Position numbers and translations under genes: made by a program
From: Faecalimonas sp.
GTDB lineage: Bacteria; Bacillota; Clostridia; Lachnospirales; Lachnospiraceae
Direction: 5' to 3'
Length of the DNA stretch: 45,286 nucleotides
NCBI GenBank assembly: GCA_045543595.1
Contig: JAZQMU010000178.1
Location: forward strand, 1-45,286
The notes under the pieces: model-generated
Database searches by the model: none
Told to the model about the DNA's origin: nothing
Seen by the model: the letters and a program-made list of their open reading frames with translations, nothing else
In this document: piece by piece, positions 9,888-18,485 of the stretch
Layout: every line of letters starts with the position of its first letter
Position numbering within the stretch: position 1 is the first letter of the stretch

Positions 9888-11171
9888 TTAGTCTTCCATA
9901 AGAGATTGAACGTATTTTTCAAAGTCGACAACAGTTTCAGCAGTTCTCGCTTCTTCTGCCGCAAACACGATTAAGTGGTTGTCCACCGATGTTCTGATAT
10001 CTGAAACAGAAATATTGCTGTCATCTCCATTAAAGTAATCATAAATGGATTCTACGATACCTTCGTCACCGCCACCGTGTCCAGAAGTGATGTCATCTCC
10101 AGTACGAAGTGCAATATCATATGTCTGGCGAGTTTCAAAATCGAATAACTGAATTGGTTTTTCACTTGAGCGCATATCGCCGTGAATCTCACCTTTGGTT
10201 CCCATGATGTGGATATGGCGGCCGCCTTTGTTAAAGGCATTCATTGTGAACGTAACTGTTATGTTATCTTCAAAGAGCATATTGACTGTCTGGTGATCCA
10301 CAACATCGTTGTCGCATTTGTAAACACATTTGCCATACTGAGTGGTGCGAAGTGCACGTTCAATGTCTTCGTCTGTTGGATTAGTCACGCGGGCACAAGT
10401 TGTACGGAACCAATCGTTATTCTTGTCATCAAGATACAGTTTTACGGCATTGTATGGGCAAGTTTCAGCTTGTGAACAACCTTCTATACAGTATTCTGGT
10501 GCATTTGCTGGAGCATTTTTGCGGCAGAAATGTGTGAGTGAACCGAAGGATTGAACCTTCTTACATTTCTTGTCCAAGAGCCATTGCAAGATATCCATGT
10601 CATGGCAGGATTTTTGCAAGAGCATGCAAGAAGAACGTTCTGTGTTGCCCCAGTTTCCACGCACAAAACTGTGACTTTGGTGCACATTTCCAACACATTC
10701 TTCGTGATTGATCGATACGATTTCTCCCACTTTTCCTTCCAGAATCAATTGTTTTAGAGTGATGAAAAATGGTGTATAGCGAAGCACATGGCACACCACA
10801 ATTTTCACCCCGTGTTTTGCCGCGTGGTTAGCGATCAGTTCACACTCGGCAGGTTCTGGAGAAACAGGTTTTTCTAATAAAATATTGTAACCCAGGGAAA
10901 TGGCTTTCATTGCCGGTTCAAAATGTTGTCGGTCCATCGTGGAGATGATCGCAACGTCAGCAAGTTTTCCTTGTGCCAAAAGTTCATGGTCGTACTCGAA
11001 ACAAAGTTCGTCAGGAATGTTATGTATCTGCTGTATATTTTGGCGGCGGCTTTCAATCGGTTCCGCAACAGCGACTACCTGGAATTTGTCAGGCATGTTT
11101 GACATAATAGTTGTATAAGTTTCGCCACGGTTTCCGGCTCCGATAACGACTACTTTTAATTTTTGTTTCAT
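9888..11171 (-). CDS. Gfo/Idh/MocA family oxidoreductase
   Basis: VIGAGNRG Rossmann motif, LLEKP, CHDMD, GHGGGD. Confidence 0.9.
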   Translation of the reverse strand: MKQKLKVVVIGAGNRGETYTTIMSNMPDKFQVVAVAEPIESRRQNIQQIHNIPDELCFEYDHELLAQGKLADVAIISTMDRQHFEPAMKAISLGYNILLEKPVSPEPAECELIANHAAKHGVKIVVCHVLRYTPFFITLKQLILEGKVGEIVSINHEECVGNVHQSHSFVRGNWGNTERSSCMLLQKSCHDMDILQWLLDKKCKKVQSFGSLTHFCRKNAPANAPEYCIEGCSQAETCPYNAVKLYLDDKNNDWFRTTCARVTNPTDEDIERALRTTQYGKCVYKCDNDVVDHQTVNMLFEDNITVTFTMNAFNKGGRHIHIMGTKGEIHGDMRSSEKPIQLFDFETRQTYDIALRTGDDITSGHGGGDEGIVESIYDYFNGDDSNISVSDIRTSVDNHLIVFAAEEARTAETVVDFEKYVQSLMED

Positions 11172-12211
11172 AGGATCATTCCTCTCATCAAATCTTCTTT
11201 TTCTTTCAGATCCGCCACTAGTTTAAACTGATTTCTGGCGCGTTCCAGATTATGGTGTTCGCGATGAATTTTGTAATAGGTATCGCCGTTCAGGTAATCA
11301 GTTAAAAAGCGAATTCCTTGTTCATAAGTAATAAGACGCACGCTGAAAGGAAGGAGTTCCAATTCAGTTGCAGTCATAGAATCACGCATTTCGGAAAGAT
11401 AACCTTTTACAAAAGATGCAAAGGCATGTTCGTTAAAATGTACTTTGCTTAGGTCTGTTTCATCTTCCGCAGCGGTGGAACCGCCAAGACGGAGGGCATC
11501 GCCCACATCATACAAAAGGCTACCTGGCATTACCGTGTCGAGATCGATCAGACAGAGGGCTTTGGAACCATGTTCTTCAAAAAGATAATTGTTAATCTTC
11601 GTGTCGTTATGTGTCACGCGGGATAAGATCGTACCAGCATTTAAACCATTTACTACGATATCTGCCTCATGAGCGAGACTTAATGCAAAGTCGATATCTT
11701 TTTTTACATCAGATACTCTGCCGGCAATGTCATTTGCAACGGCATCTTTGAAAGTCTGCAGACGCTTTGGCGTGTGATGAAAATCCTTGATTGTTTCATG
11801 AAGTGTTTCTACTGGAAAATCACTGAGCATCTTTTGAAATCTGCCAAGACAAGCCCCTGCTTCGTAGATATCCTCCGGAGAGGCATTGCTTTCTACGGTT
11901 CTTGTGTTTTCTATGTAATCATAAGCGCGGTAACAACTGCCGTCTGTATCTTGATAGAAAAGTTTTCCATCTTGAGTTTTCACAACATTTAAAGTAGTAC
12001 AAGAAGGATCCTTTTTACGAAGAAATTCAGTGACAGCTACTACATTTTCCATCAGTTCTTGAGGATTCTGAAAGATGGAAGTGTTGATTTTCTGTATCAC
12101 ATATTTGAAATCTTCGGTTATATATGTGGAATTGATATGTCCATTTCTGAAAGGCCGAGCTTTGGATTGGAGACCAAATTGGTTTAGAATTTCAGGATTT
12201 ATTGTGTTCAT
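11168..12211 (-). CDS. APH-fold phosphotransferase (N-acetylhexosamine 1-kinase-like)
   Basis: GHINSTY, HNDTKINN, IDLDTVMPG, RFLTDYL; 4-nt overlap with the oxidoreductase. Confidence 0.82.
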   Translation of the reverse strand: MNTINPEILNQFGLQSKARPFRNGHINSTYITEDFKYVIQKINTSIFQNPQELMENVVAVTEFLRKKDPSCTTLNVVKTQDGKLFYQDTDGSCYRAYDYIENTRTVESNASPEDIYEAGACLGRFQKMLSDFPVETLHETIKDFHHTPKRLQTFKDAVANDIAGRVSDVKKDIDFALSLAHEADIVVNGLNAGTILSRVTHNDTKINNYLFEEHGSKALCLIDLDTVMPGSLLYDVGDALRLGGSTAAEDETDLSKVHFNEHAFASFVKGYLSEMRDSMTATELELLPFSVRLITYEQGIRFLTDYLNGDTYYKIHREHHNLERARNQFKLVADLKEKEDLMRGMIL

Positions 12212-12281
12212 AATAAAACTCCGTTCGTATAATGTATTTAAAAACTATTATAGCATAACAAATGGTGTTGAAAAGCATTTT

Positions 12282-12368
12282 AAAGTTCGTCAGAAAAAAT
12301 GTTGTAAAACAAACAAAGTTCGTCAGAAAAAATGTAAACCCGAATTGAAAGTTCGTCAGAAAAAATGT
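12282..12368 (+). repeat. three identical 21-bp direct repeats at a 33-bp period with unique 12-bp spacers
   Basis: AAAGTTCGTCAGAAAAAATGT at 12282, 12315 and 12348; spacers TGTAAAACAAAC and AAACCCGAATTG. Confidence 0.97.
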
Positions 12369-12373
12369 ATAAT
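12345..12373 (+). promoter_or_regulatory. sigma-A promoter overlapping the third repeat
   Basis: TTGAAA (12345-50) - 17 bp - TATAAT (12368-73). Confidence 0.8.
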
Positions 12374-12422
12374 AAAGAAAAAGAGGAGTAAACTAAAGAA
12401 GGATTGAGAGGTGTCATTTGTT

Positions 12423-13724
12423 TTGGAAAGATTGGCAATGAAGAAATTACTTCAATGGAAAGAAAAAAAGAATAGAAAACCAATGATCTTGAAAGGAGCT
12501 AGACAAGTTGGAAAAACATGGCTTATGAAAGAGTTTGGCAGAAGATATTTCAAATATACTGCATACGTTAATTTTGACAATAATAAATATATGAGGAATG
12601 TTTTTGAGAACGATTATGATGTTGAAAGAATATTGTTGGCTGTAAATATTGCAACAGGAACTAAAATCGTGCCAGAAGAAACTTTAATCATATTCGACGA
12701 AATACAGGAAAATCCTAAAGCAATTGCTTCTTTAAAATATTTTTATGAAAATGCACCGGAATATGCTGTTATAGCAGCAGGATCTTTATTAGATGTAGCT
12801 ATTCATAAGGGAGTGTCATTTCCAGTTGGAAAAGTAGATACTTTGGAATTGAATCCGTTGAGTTTTAGAGAATTTTTATGTGCAGTGGGAGAAGAGGGTC
12901 TAGAAGCTCTTATTGATGAAAAAAACTATGAATTAATGAAGGTCTATAAAGAAAAATATATCGATTGGTTAAAGAAGTATTATTTTATAGGTGGTATGCC
13001 AGAAGTTGTTGCTTCTTTTATAGAAAATAAAGATTTCGGAGAAGTCAGATATTTGCAAAATAAGATATTGGAAATGTATGAGGATGATTTTAGTAAACAT
13101 ACAGCAGAGAATGAACTACCACGGATCAGAATGGTATGGAATTCGATACCTATGCAGCTTGCGAAAGAAAATAAAAAGTTTTTCTTTGGCAAAATTAAAG
13201 AGGGGGCAAGAGCAAAAGATTTTGAGATTGCGATAGAGTGGTTACAAGACTGTGGACTTATTAAAAAGGTATATAATATCTCAAAACCTTCTGTTCCACT
13301 AAAAGCTTATATTGAATTTTCGGCGTTTAAATTATTCTTATTAGATGTAGGTCTGCTAGGAGCGTTGAGCGAATTAGATGCCATGTCACTTTTAGATGGA
13401 AACGCAGTTTTTGTGGAATTTAAAGGTGCGTTAACGGAGCAATTTGTAAATCAGCAGTTGGTGGCAGATACAGAATATACTCCATATTACTTCTCTGAAA
13501 CGAAATCTGAAGGAGAAATTGATTTTGTAATTCAAAAAGGAATAAATATAATTCCAATTGAGGTGAAGGCAGAGGAAAATTTACGTGCAAAAAGTTTGAG
13601 AGTATATTGTGACAAGTTCAAACCAGAAATTGCAATTAGAACATCAATGTCGGATTATCGTGAGCAAGAGTGGATGATAAATGTGCCACTGTACTTTTTA
13701 ACCGGATATTTGCAAGAAAGATGA
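12423..13724 (+). CDS. AAA_14 ATPase with DUF4143 and C-terminal PD-(D/E)xK-like domain (COG1373-type)
   Basis: Walker A GARQVGKT, Walker B IIFDEIQ, GGMPEV, DVGLL, EIDFV...PIEVK; likely TTG start at 12423 after GAGGTG. Confidence 0.88.
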   Translation: MERLAMKKLLQWKEKKNRKPMILKGARQVGKTWLMKEFGRRYFKYTAYVNFDNNKYMRNVFENDYDVERILLAVNIATGTKIVPEETLIIFDEIQENPKAIASLKYFYENAPEYAVIAAGSLLDVAIHKGVSFPVGKVDTLELNPLSFREFLCAVGEEGLEALIDEKNYELMKVYKEKYIDWLKKYYFIGGMPEVVASFIENKDFGEVRYLQNKILEMYEDDFSKHTAENELPRIRMVWNSIPMQLAKENKKFFFGKIKEGARAKDFEIAIEWLQDCGLIKKVYNISKPSVPLKAYIEFSAFKLFLLDVGLLGALSELDAMSLLDGNAVFVEFKGALTEQFVNQQLVADTEYTPYYFSETKSEGEIDFVIQKGINIIPIEVKAEENLRAKSLRVYCDKFKPEIAIRTSMSDYREQEWMINVPLYFLTGYLQER

Positions 13725-14245
13725 GAGAAAATTATATGTTATTGATATTCAAAGAAATGTCAAAGGATGATATGTATCGTATGGTGCATAGTGTCTATAT
13801 AGAAGCAAGTTATGAGATTGCGAAAGAGAAGAATCCTGAATTGGCTGACTTGTCCGATGCAATTAAGAAAGAAGAGTTTTACTTTGTAGAGAAGTTTCTC
13901 GGGAAATTTATGTCTAAAAATGAAAATACGTATTATGTGTTAGAGGAAAATAACAAATGGGTGAGTGCTTTGCGACTAACGAAATTTGAAGATTTCTATT
14001 ACATGGAGGCACTAGAGACAGCGCCGGAATATCGCAAGAAAGGCTATGCGTGTAAACTGATTCAAGAAGTAATTAGATATCTTGGCGAAGGCGTTGTGAT
14101 ACGCAGCAATGTGAGAAAAACAAATACCGCTTCCTTGGTGACACATAAGAAATGTGGATTTGTGATTGAAGAGGAAGATGGTTTTAATCCAATTTCGGGT
14201 GTGAGAAGCGACAGATTATATGGAATGCTTTATAGTGAGGAATAA
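13721..14245 (+). CDS. GNAT family N-acetyltransferase
   Basis: LETAPEYRKKGYA acetyl-CoA motif, NTAS...KCGF; ATGA overlap with the upstream stop. Confidence 0.8.
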   Translation: MRENYMLLIFKEMSKDDMYRMVHSVYIEASYEIAKEKNPELADLSDAIKKEEFYFVEKFLGKFMSKNENTYYVLEENNKWVSALRLTKFEDFYYMEALETAPEYRKKGYACKLIQEVIRYLGEGVVIRSNVRKTNTASLVTHKKCGFVIEEEDGFNPISGVRSDRLYGMLYSEE

Positions 14246-14250
14246 TTAAT

Positions 14251-14751
14251 ATGAAGATTATGATTGTGGGATACAGCGGCTCTGGGAAATCCACACTTGC
14301 GGGGAAACTGGGAGCATACTACGAGTGTGATGTACTTCACTTGGATAAGGTACAGTTTTTGCCGGGGTGGGAAGAACGTAACAACGAAGAAAAAGACCAG
14401 GTTGTAAAAGGTTTTTTAGATACACATGATTCCTGGGTGATTGACGGGAATTATTCAAAGTTATATTACGAACGACGCGCAGAAGAGGCGGATCAGATTA
14501 TTCTTATGCTATTTAATCGCTTCAATTGTCTTTGGCGTGTGACAAAGCGGTATTTCCAATATCGAAATCAGACACGACCAGATATGGGGGAAGGATGTAA
14601 CGAGAAGCTAGACTGGGAATTTGTTTGGTGGGTGTTACGCGATGGCAGAAAGAAAAGTGCAAGGGAACGATATCGAGGATTGATGGAGAAGTATCCAGAG
14701 AAAGTTGTGGTGCTGAAGAATCAAAAAGAACTAGATAATTGGAAAATATAA
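14251..14751 (+). CDS. topology modulation protein (FlaR-like P-loop kinase)
   Basis: GYSGSGKST, LHLD, WVIDGNY, RPDMGEGC.EKLD. Confidence 0.85.
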   Translation: MKIMIVGYSGSGKSTLAGKLGAYYECDVLHLDKVQFLPGWEERNNEEKDQVVKGFLDTHDSWVIDGNYSKLYYERRAEEADQIILMLFNRFNCLWRVTKRYFQYRNQTRPDMGEGCNEKLDWEFVWWVLRDGRKKSARERYRGLMEKYPEKVVVLKNQKELDNWKI

Positions 14752-14756
14752 ATGAT

Positions 14757-14792
14757 AAGGCTGAGTATAAGATTATTTTTACTCAGCCTTTT
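14757..14792. terminator. intrinsic terminator between convergent genes
   Basis: AAGGCTGAGTA...TACTCAGCCTT followed by T. Confidence 0.8.
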
Positions 14793-14797
14793 ATGCT

Positions 14798-15142
14798 TTA
14801 TTCGGAAATCATTTGAAAATAGGCAAGTAACCTTTTTTGAGTATCAGTATCGTAGTTGCTAAATGTATCGACGAGAGAGAATAATTCGGGTTTTTCTGTC
14901 TCATGAATAAAATGAAAATTTGGTGTTGGATCATTTGTTTTACCCATAAGATAATCTGCAGATGTACCCAAAATATGAGCCATGTAGTAAATAACATGAA
15001 TAGAAGGTGTCCTTTCTCCAGATTCGTAGCGAAGATATGCAGGCTGAGATAACTGCATACGCATAGCAGCCTCTTGCTTTGTAATTCCTAATTTTTTTCT
15101 GCAAGCGATTAGACGTTCACGATTTAAAGTAGTTGTATTCAT
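14798..15142 (-). CDS. XRE-family HTH transcriptional regulator
   Basis: RKKLGITKQEAA..LSQPAYLRYESGERTP...SADYLMG; start moved to ATG 15142. Confidence 0.85.
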   Translation of the reverse strand: MNTTTLNRERLIACRKKLGITKQEAAMRMQLSQPAYLRYESGERTPSIHVIYYMAHILGTSADYLMGKTNDPTPNFHFIHETEKPELFSLVDTFSNYDTDTQKRLLAYFQMISE

Positions 15143-15196
15143 AGTTTGTTCCCCATAATAAAACCATAGACTTTTATTAAGTATAGCATATTTTTC

Positions 15197-15242
15197 TTGA
15201 TTATACCATTGGAATAATATAAAATAATATACCAATGGTATA
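15197..15242 (+). promoter_or_regulatory. promoter with two palindromic operators TATACCA-N-TGG(T/A)ATA
   Basis: operators at 15202-16 and 15228-42; TTGATT (15197) - 17 bp - TAAAAT (15220). Confidence 0.7.
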
Positions 15243-15264
15243 TTATGATACGGGAGGAGAATAA

Positions 15265-15666
15265 ATGAGTGAATTAAATAATGTGCTTGTGGCTAAAGAT
15301 GTAAAGGGTAACAAAGTGGTTGTAATTCCACAAGTGATTTTTAAAGGGAAAAGAACGATTTCGTGGGATGAAGTTGAACGATATTTATTACGATATGTAG
15401 GGAAGATATTCGAAGTGGCGGAAACAGAAGAATTGATTTATATTGATAGAACATTTGCTGATGAATATTCTAATTCTATTTACACGAAAAAATTAGTTGG
15501 AGCGCTTCCTAAAGTGAAGGCAAACATGTCGCAGGGGATACCTCAAATGATAGAAATTGCAACAAGTAAAAGATGGAAAGAAGATTTTGATCATAAGCAT
15601 AAAAAAAGAAACGAGATACCCATCTTGGACCACAAGGTCAGATGGTCAGAAACCCGCTTCTTCTGA
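15265..15666 (+). pseudogene. conserved Lachnospiraceae protein (LPD3/BECR-like?), apparently internally deleted and frameshifted
   Basis: IFKGKR.I.W..VE.YL..YVG and KANMSQGIPQMIEIA; the recalled family tail IKKET.. lies in another frame right after the A-run at about 15601. Confidence 0.5.
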
Positions 15667-15915
15667 AAGTGATTATAATATGTCACAGAATGAATTGCAA
15701 GACAAAATTAATACAAATAGAAAAGAAACGGGTAGTCCACTGGAGTAATAAAATAAATCAAAAAATAAGTATAATGACAAAAATTTCCTCTATAGAAAAA
15801 ACTAATAAAGGGTAAAGATTTATAAAAATTATTGATTGGACACTTTGTTAAAAAATTGTTAATATCTAAGACGTTGGTGTGCAACCAACATAATTAATGA
15901 TTCGGAGGAAACAAA

Positions 15916-17463
15916 ATGAAAAAGAGATTATTATCTTTACTTCTTGTTGCTGTTATGGCTTTTAGCCTTGTAGCATGTGGTGAAAAAGATGAAACTCAAG
16001 AAAATCCACAAACACAAGAAAATGATGGAACAGATGCACAAGTAAAAGATACATTTACTTACTCTGTATTTTCTGATTTAGGAACAACATTAAACTTCTT
16101 TACAGCAGATAGCCGTGAAGCTATGACATTTGTAAAATTAGTTGACACTCCATTATTCTCAATGTTACCAGACGGAAGCTTACACTTCTACATGGCAGAC
16201 AGCTTTGAAACAGAAGATGGAATTACTTACACAGTTAAATTAAATCCAAATGCAAAATGGTCAGATGGTGAAGTTCTTAACGCAGATGACGTAGTATTCA
16301 CATTTACACAATATGCTGAAAAGTTTGATTCAGAAAATGGTGTTTTTAAAACAGCTGAAATTAAAAAAGTAGACGATACAACAGTTGAATTCGTACTTGC
16401 TAATGCATCAGCTTCATTCGCAGAAGACGTAGCTGGTATTTACTTATTACCACAACACGTATTCGAAGGAAAAGATACATTTGATTACGATTTAACAAGT
16501 GACACAGTAGTAGGTTGTGGTGCTTACATGTTTGATACATATGAAAACGGACAATACATCAAAGCAGTTACAAACCCTAACTACGCACGTGAAGCAGCTA
16601 AAATTCCTAACGTAGTATTCCGTGTTATCGCAGAAGACCCAGTCGCTATCGCAGCTCTTCAAAAAGGCGAAGTAGATGCATGGGTTGGTCTTGCTTCATT
16701 ATTAGAAGGACTTGAAGATTTCACAGTTACACCTTACTCAGAAGGTCGTGTTGCATACGTTCGTCTTAACAGAGTATCTGACAACATGCAAGATGCTGAC
16801 TACAGAAAAGGTGTGTTAAAAGCACTTAACAAGGAAGAAATTCTTATCGCAGCGTACGGTTCATTAGATTATGCAACACCAAGCTACTCATTCCTTCCAA
16901 AAACAAACGGATTCTACACAGAAGATCTTGAAAAATTTGAACAAGATTTAGAAGCTTCAAAAGAATTAGTTGCTGGTGGCGCAACAACATTATCACTTTG
17001 TCACGTTGCAGAACCTGCACAAGAAGCACAAGCTCAAGTTATCAAAGCTCAATTAGAAAAAGTTGGTATCACTGTAGAACTTTTTGGTCTTGAACAAGGT
17101 GCTTACATGGAAACTGCATACGACAACACAGATAAAACATACGATATGTACCTTGGTGGATATATTATGACAATCGATCCAGCTGGATACGAAGGAATGT
17201 TCAGAACAGGTAACATGATCAACTACGATAACGAAGAAATCAATGGTTTATTTGATGCAATTAAAGTAGAAACAGATGCTGCTAAGAGAGCAGAAATCGC
17301 TACAGAACTTCAACAAAAAGTTGCTGAAGAAGCATTATTCTACCCATTTGGTACAAACCTTAGAATTTTCGTTACAAACCCAGCTCTTAAGGGTATGGAA
17401 GATGATGCTAAGTTCGTTCCAATTTACACATTTGATGATTTCTCAAAACTCTACTTTGAATAA
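15916..17463 (+). CDS. oppA: peptide/nickel ABC transporter substrate-binding lipoprotein (family 5)
   Basis: lipobox LVACG, KWSDGE.LNADDVVFT; first gene of a five-gene ABC operon. Confidence 0.88.
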   Translation: MKKRLLSLLLVAVMAFSLVACGEKDETQENPQTQENDGTDAQVKDTFTYSVFSDLGTTLNFFTADSREAMTFVKLVDTPLFSMLPDGSLHFYMADSFETEDGITYTVKLNPNAKWSDGEVLNADDVVFTFTQYAEKFDSENGVFKTAEIKKVDDTTVEFVLANASASFAEDVAGIYLLPQHVFEGKDTFDYDLTSDTVVGCGAYMFDTYENGQYIKAVTNPNYAREAAKIPNVVFRVIAEDPVAIAALQKGEVDAWVGLASLLEGLEDFTVTPYSEGRVAYVRLNRVSDNMQDADYRKGVLKALNKEEILIAAYGSLDYATPSYSFLPKTNGFYTEDLEKFEQDLEASKELVAGGATTLSLCHVAEPAQEAQAQVIKAQLEKVGITVELFGLEQGAYMETAYDNTDKTYDMYLGGYIMTIDPAGYEGMFRTGNMINYDNEEINGLFDAIKVETDAAKRAEIATELQQKVAEEALFYPFGTNLRIFVTNPALKGMEDDAKFVPIYTFDDFSKLYFE

Positions 17464-17474
17464 GATGAGATGAT

Positions 17475-17503
17475 AAGGGGAGGACTAAGGTCCTCCTCTT
17501 TTT
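17475..17503 (+). terminator. intra-operon hairpin after the substrate-binding gene
   Basis: AAGGGGAGGAC-taag-GTCCTCCTCTT-TTT. Confidence 0.75.
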
Positions 17504-17529
17504 GAAGTTAGAAGGAAAGGGACAGCGAT

Positions 17530-18483
17530 ATGTTAAAATATATTGTAAAACGAATTCTTCAGGCAATTCCACTTATGATTGCCATTACAGCACTTTGTTT
17601 TTTACTTATCCAATTGGCGCCATACGATGCAGTGGATTCGCTTATTACGGATAAAATGACGAACGAGCAAATCGAGCAAAGAAGAGAAGAATACGGTTTA
17701 AATGATCCAATCCATGTGCAGTATTTTAGATGGGTAAAGAATGTATGCAAAGGAGATTTGGGTTATTCTTTGATCAATAAAACAAATATTGCAAAAGATA
17801 TGTCTGTCAAAATTCCAAACACAATAAAATTGGTGTTGCCGTCTTATGCGACAGCATTTTTATTGGCGATCGCACTAGGACTCTTGGCAGGATATAAAAA
17901 AGATGGCTGGATAGATAGAATAATTAACGGGATGGCGTCCGTGGGTCTTGCAGTACCGACCTTTTGGATCGCACTGCTTTTTATATACAAATTTGGCTGC
18001 GATTTGCAATGGTTCCCAATTGTAGGAATGCATGATATCGGCGATGAATCATTTGGAGACTTTATGATGCATTTTATTATGCCATATACGATTCTGATCA
18101 TCGGATTCCTGCCAGATCTGGTGCGTTATGTCAGAAGTTCGACCATCACGCAGCTTAACGAAGATTATGTGTTGGTGCAGAAAGCATTTGGAAGCAGTAA
18201 AATGGAGATTCTGTTTAAACATGTGTCAAGAAATGTACTTCTTCCATTAATAACAAAATTGGGAATGTCGCTTCCTATGCTGGTTACAGGAGCAGTAATT
18301 ACAGAAACTGTTTTTTCATGGCCGGGAATTGGAAACTATTTTGTCTCAGCAATTAACAAGATGGACTATCCAATCGTTATGGACATATTGCTTCTTTCTG
18401 GAACACTGGTAATCCTCGGAAATTTATTATCAGATATTCTCTGCGCGCTGGTTGATCCAAGAATTCGAGTTGGGGAGGAATAG
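17530..18483 (+). CDS. oppB: peptide ABC transporter permease
   Basis: YGLNDP..VQY..W, GDLGYS, ITETVFSWPGIG, DPRIR. Confidence 0.9.
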   Translation: MLKYIVKRILQAIPLMIAITALCFLLIQLAPYDAVDSLITDKMTNEQIEQRREEYGLNDPIHVQYFRWVKNVCKGDLGYSLINKTNIAKDMSVKIPNTIKLVLPSYATAFLLAIALGLLAGYKKDGWIDRIINGMASVGLAVPTFWIALLFIYKFGCDLQWFPIVGMHDIGDESFGDFMMHFIMPYTILIIGFLPDLVRYVRSSTITQLNEDYVLVQKAFGSSKMEILFKHVSRNVLLPLITKLGMSLPMLVTGAVITETVFSWPGIGNYFVSAINKMDYPIVMDILLLSGTLVILGNLLSDILCALVDPRIRVGEE

Positions 18484-18485
18484 TT

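Noticed and set aside
12282-12368. Possible mini-CRISPR array
   Set aside because: Spacers are only 12 bp, repeats are 21 bp and non-palindromic, there are no cas genes in the window, and the array overlaps a promoter; a protein-binding array fits better
12075-12407. 110-aa ORF with KVRQKKC repeats
   Set aside because: It is a translation by-product of the 33-bp repeat and overlaps a real gene on the other strand
17475-17503. Hairpin inside the opp operon
   Set aside because: Well-known device for excess expression of the substrate-binding protein; not novel
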